From assembly GCA_034429075.1 (NCBI GenBank), contig DAOUGO010000151.1, positions 2,020 through 66,019 of the forward strand: a stretch of DNA of 64,000 nt, given 5' to 3'. The position numbers and the translations under genes were made by a program. Below, piece after piece: positions 63,169 to 64,000 of the stretch. The DNA comes from Chloroflexota bacterium (GTDB taxonomy: Bacteria; Chloroflexota; UBA6077; FW602-bin22; CADDYW01). The notes under the pieces are model-generated. The model searched no databases and was not told the DNA's origin. It worked only from the letters and a program-made list of their open reading frames with translations. The first letter of the stretch is position 1. Each line of letters opens with the position of its first letter.

Positions 63169-64000
63169 GCGAAACGATCGGAGTGGGAATTATCGGCACT
63201 GGTTTAAGCGCGACCATGCACGTGCAGGCACTGGCACAGGTGCCTGGCGTCCGGGTACTGGCCGTGAGCGGCACGACACGCCAGAAGGCGGCGGAGTTCG
63301 CGGCACGCTACGGAATTCCGGCCGCTTTCGACCGGGTGGAAGATCTCCTGGCGTGGCCGGGCATTCAGGCGATTCACCTCTGCACGCCCCCGTTCGCCCG
63401 CGAGGAGTATGTGACGATGGCAGCCCGGGCCGGTGTGCATGTGCTGATCGAGAAGCCTATGGCTCGTGATCTGCTCGAGGCAGACCGGATCATCGCGGCG
63501 TGCCGGGCCGGCGGGGTCACGCTCGGGGCGATGTTCCAGTTCCGCTTCATGCCGCTCCCGCAGCAGATCAAGCGCGAGCTGGATGCGGGCAAGCTCGGCC
63601 GCATCTTTCTTGCCGACTGCCGCGCCAAGTGGTGGCGCGATCCCGCTTACTACGCGGGTAGTTCCTGGCGCGGCCGTCGGGCGCTTGAAGGCGGGGCCGT
63701 GCTGATCAATCAGGCTATCCACACGATTGATCTGCTGCTCTGGCTCGCCGGACCGGTCCGGCAGGTCGCGGGGCGCGTGGCTACTGCCGTTCATCCGATT
63801 GAGATGGAAGATGTGGCCGCGGCGACGCTGGAGTTCGCCTCCGGCGCGATCGGCTCGCTCGTCGCGAGCACCGCAACGTACCCAGGGTTTGCCGAACAGA
63901 TCGAACTGCACGGTGAGCGAGGCTCGCTGATCCTCAACCAGGGAGACGGCATCGCCGAGTGGCGCCTCAAGGACGCCGCGCCCGAGCGCGTGACCGCTGC
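63165..64000 (+). CDS. Gfo/Idh/MocA-family oxidoreductase, 3'-truncated by the window edge.
   Basis: This gene is not in the ORF track. ATG 63165 forms an ATGA overlap with the methyltransferase stop, and the frame is open to nt 64000. It reads [36 protein letters not shown].. Confidence 0.85.
   Translation, partial: MSETIGVGIIGTGLSATMHVQALAQVPGVRVLAVSGTTRQKAAEFAARYGIPAAFDRVEDLLAWPGIQAIHLCTPPFAREEYVTMAARAGVHVLIEKPMARDLLEADRIIAACRAGGVTLGAMFQFRFMPLPQQIKRELDAGKLGRIFLADCRAKWWRDPAYYAGSSWRGRRALEGGAVLINQAIHTIDLLLWLAGPVRQVAGRVATAVHPIEMEDVAAATLEFASGAIGSLVASTATYPGFAEQIELHGERGSLILNQGDGIAEWRLKDAAPERVTA

Overview
Dense, high-GC (about two-thirds G+C by eye) bacterial chromosomal segment. I call 59 protein genes and one tRNA, most of them on the minus strand. 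I found no transposase, integrase, phage gene, CRISPR array or rRNA.

Layout:
- 1-16.7 kb: a cell-envelope glycosylation supercluster. It has four large GT-C-type membrane glycosyltransferase-like proteins, all carrying a reiterated C-terminal module I cannot name. It also has a tightly overlapping operon: 2x GT4, a membrane-anchored clan GH-A hydrolase, 2x GT2, a polyprenyl-phosphate sugar-phosphate transferase and one of the GT-C proteins. pth follows after a short gap.
- 16.7-29.2 kb: tRNA-Arg(CCG), then a housekeeping block in Firmicute-like order (tatC, tatA/B, acpP, nusB, fabD, rpmF, yceD, coaD, rsmD, recG, DegV/FakB, DAK2/FakA, rpmB, rpe).
- 29.2-41.9 kb: an accessory-looking stretch. 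It holds a GT2, a ChlI-like AAA+ ATPase plus VWA pair, SDRs, a 0.6 kb gene-free gap, a LarA-like / acidic-tail protein / nagB operon, a CDF transporter with three tandem cytoplasmic domains, and a double PRC-barrel protein.
- 42-49 kb: rpoD, dnaG, a CPBP protease and ppdK.
- 49-57.9 kb: a nine-gene trp operon (trpE-G-D-C-trpS-trpF-B-A plus a TauE-like permease). It sits behind a near-consensus promoter and a clearly readable Trp-specific T-box leader.
- 57.9-64 kb: a MoaD-MoaE fusion, a LysM protein, two small unknown proteins, infC with an ATT start codon, and a Gfo/Idh/MocA - methyltransferase - Gfo/Idh/MocA operon.

The best candidate for something undescribed is the GT-C/repeat-module glycosylation locus. 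Secondary candidates are the LarA-like operon and the AAA+/VWA pair.

Taxon guess, low confidence and inference only: a Chloroflexota/Thermomicrobia-like lineage, based on high GC, T-box use and Firmicute-like synteny.

All functional calls rest on motifs I can read in the translated ORFs. No database search was run.
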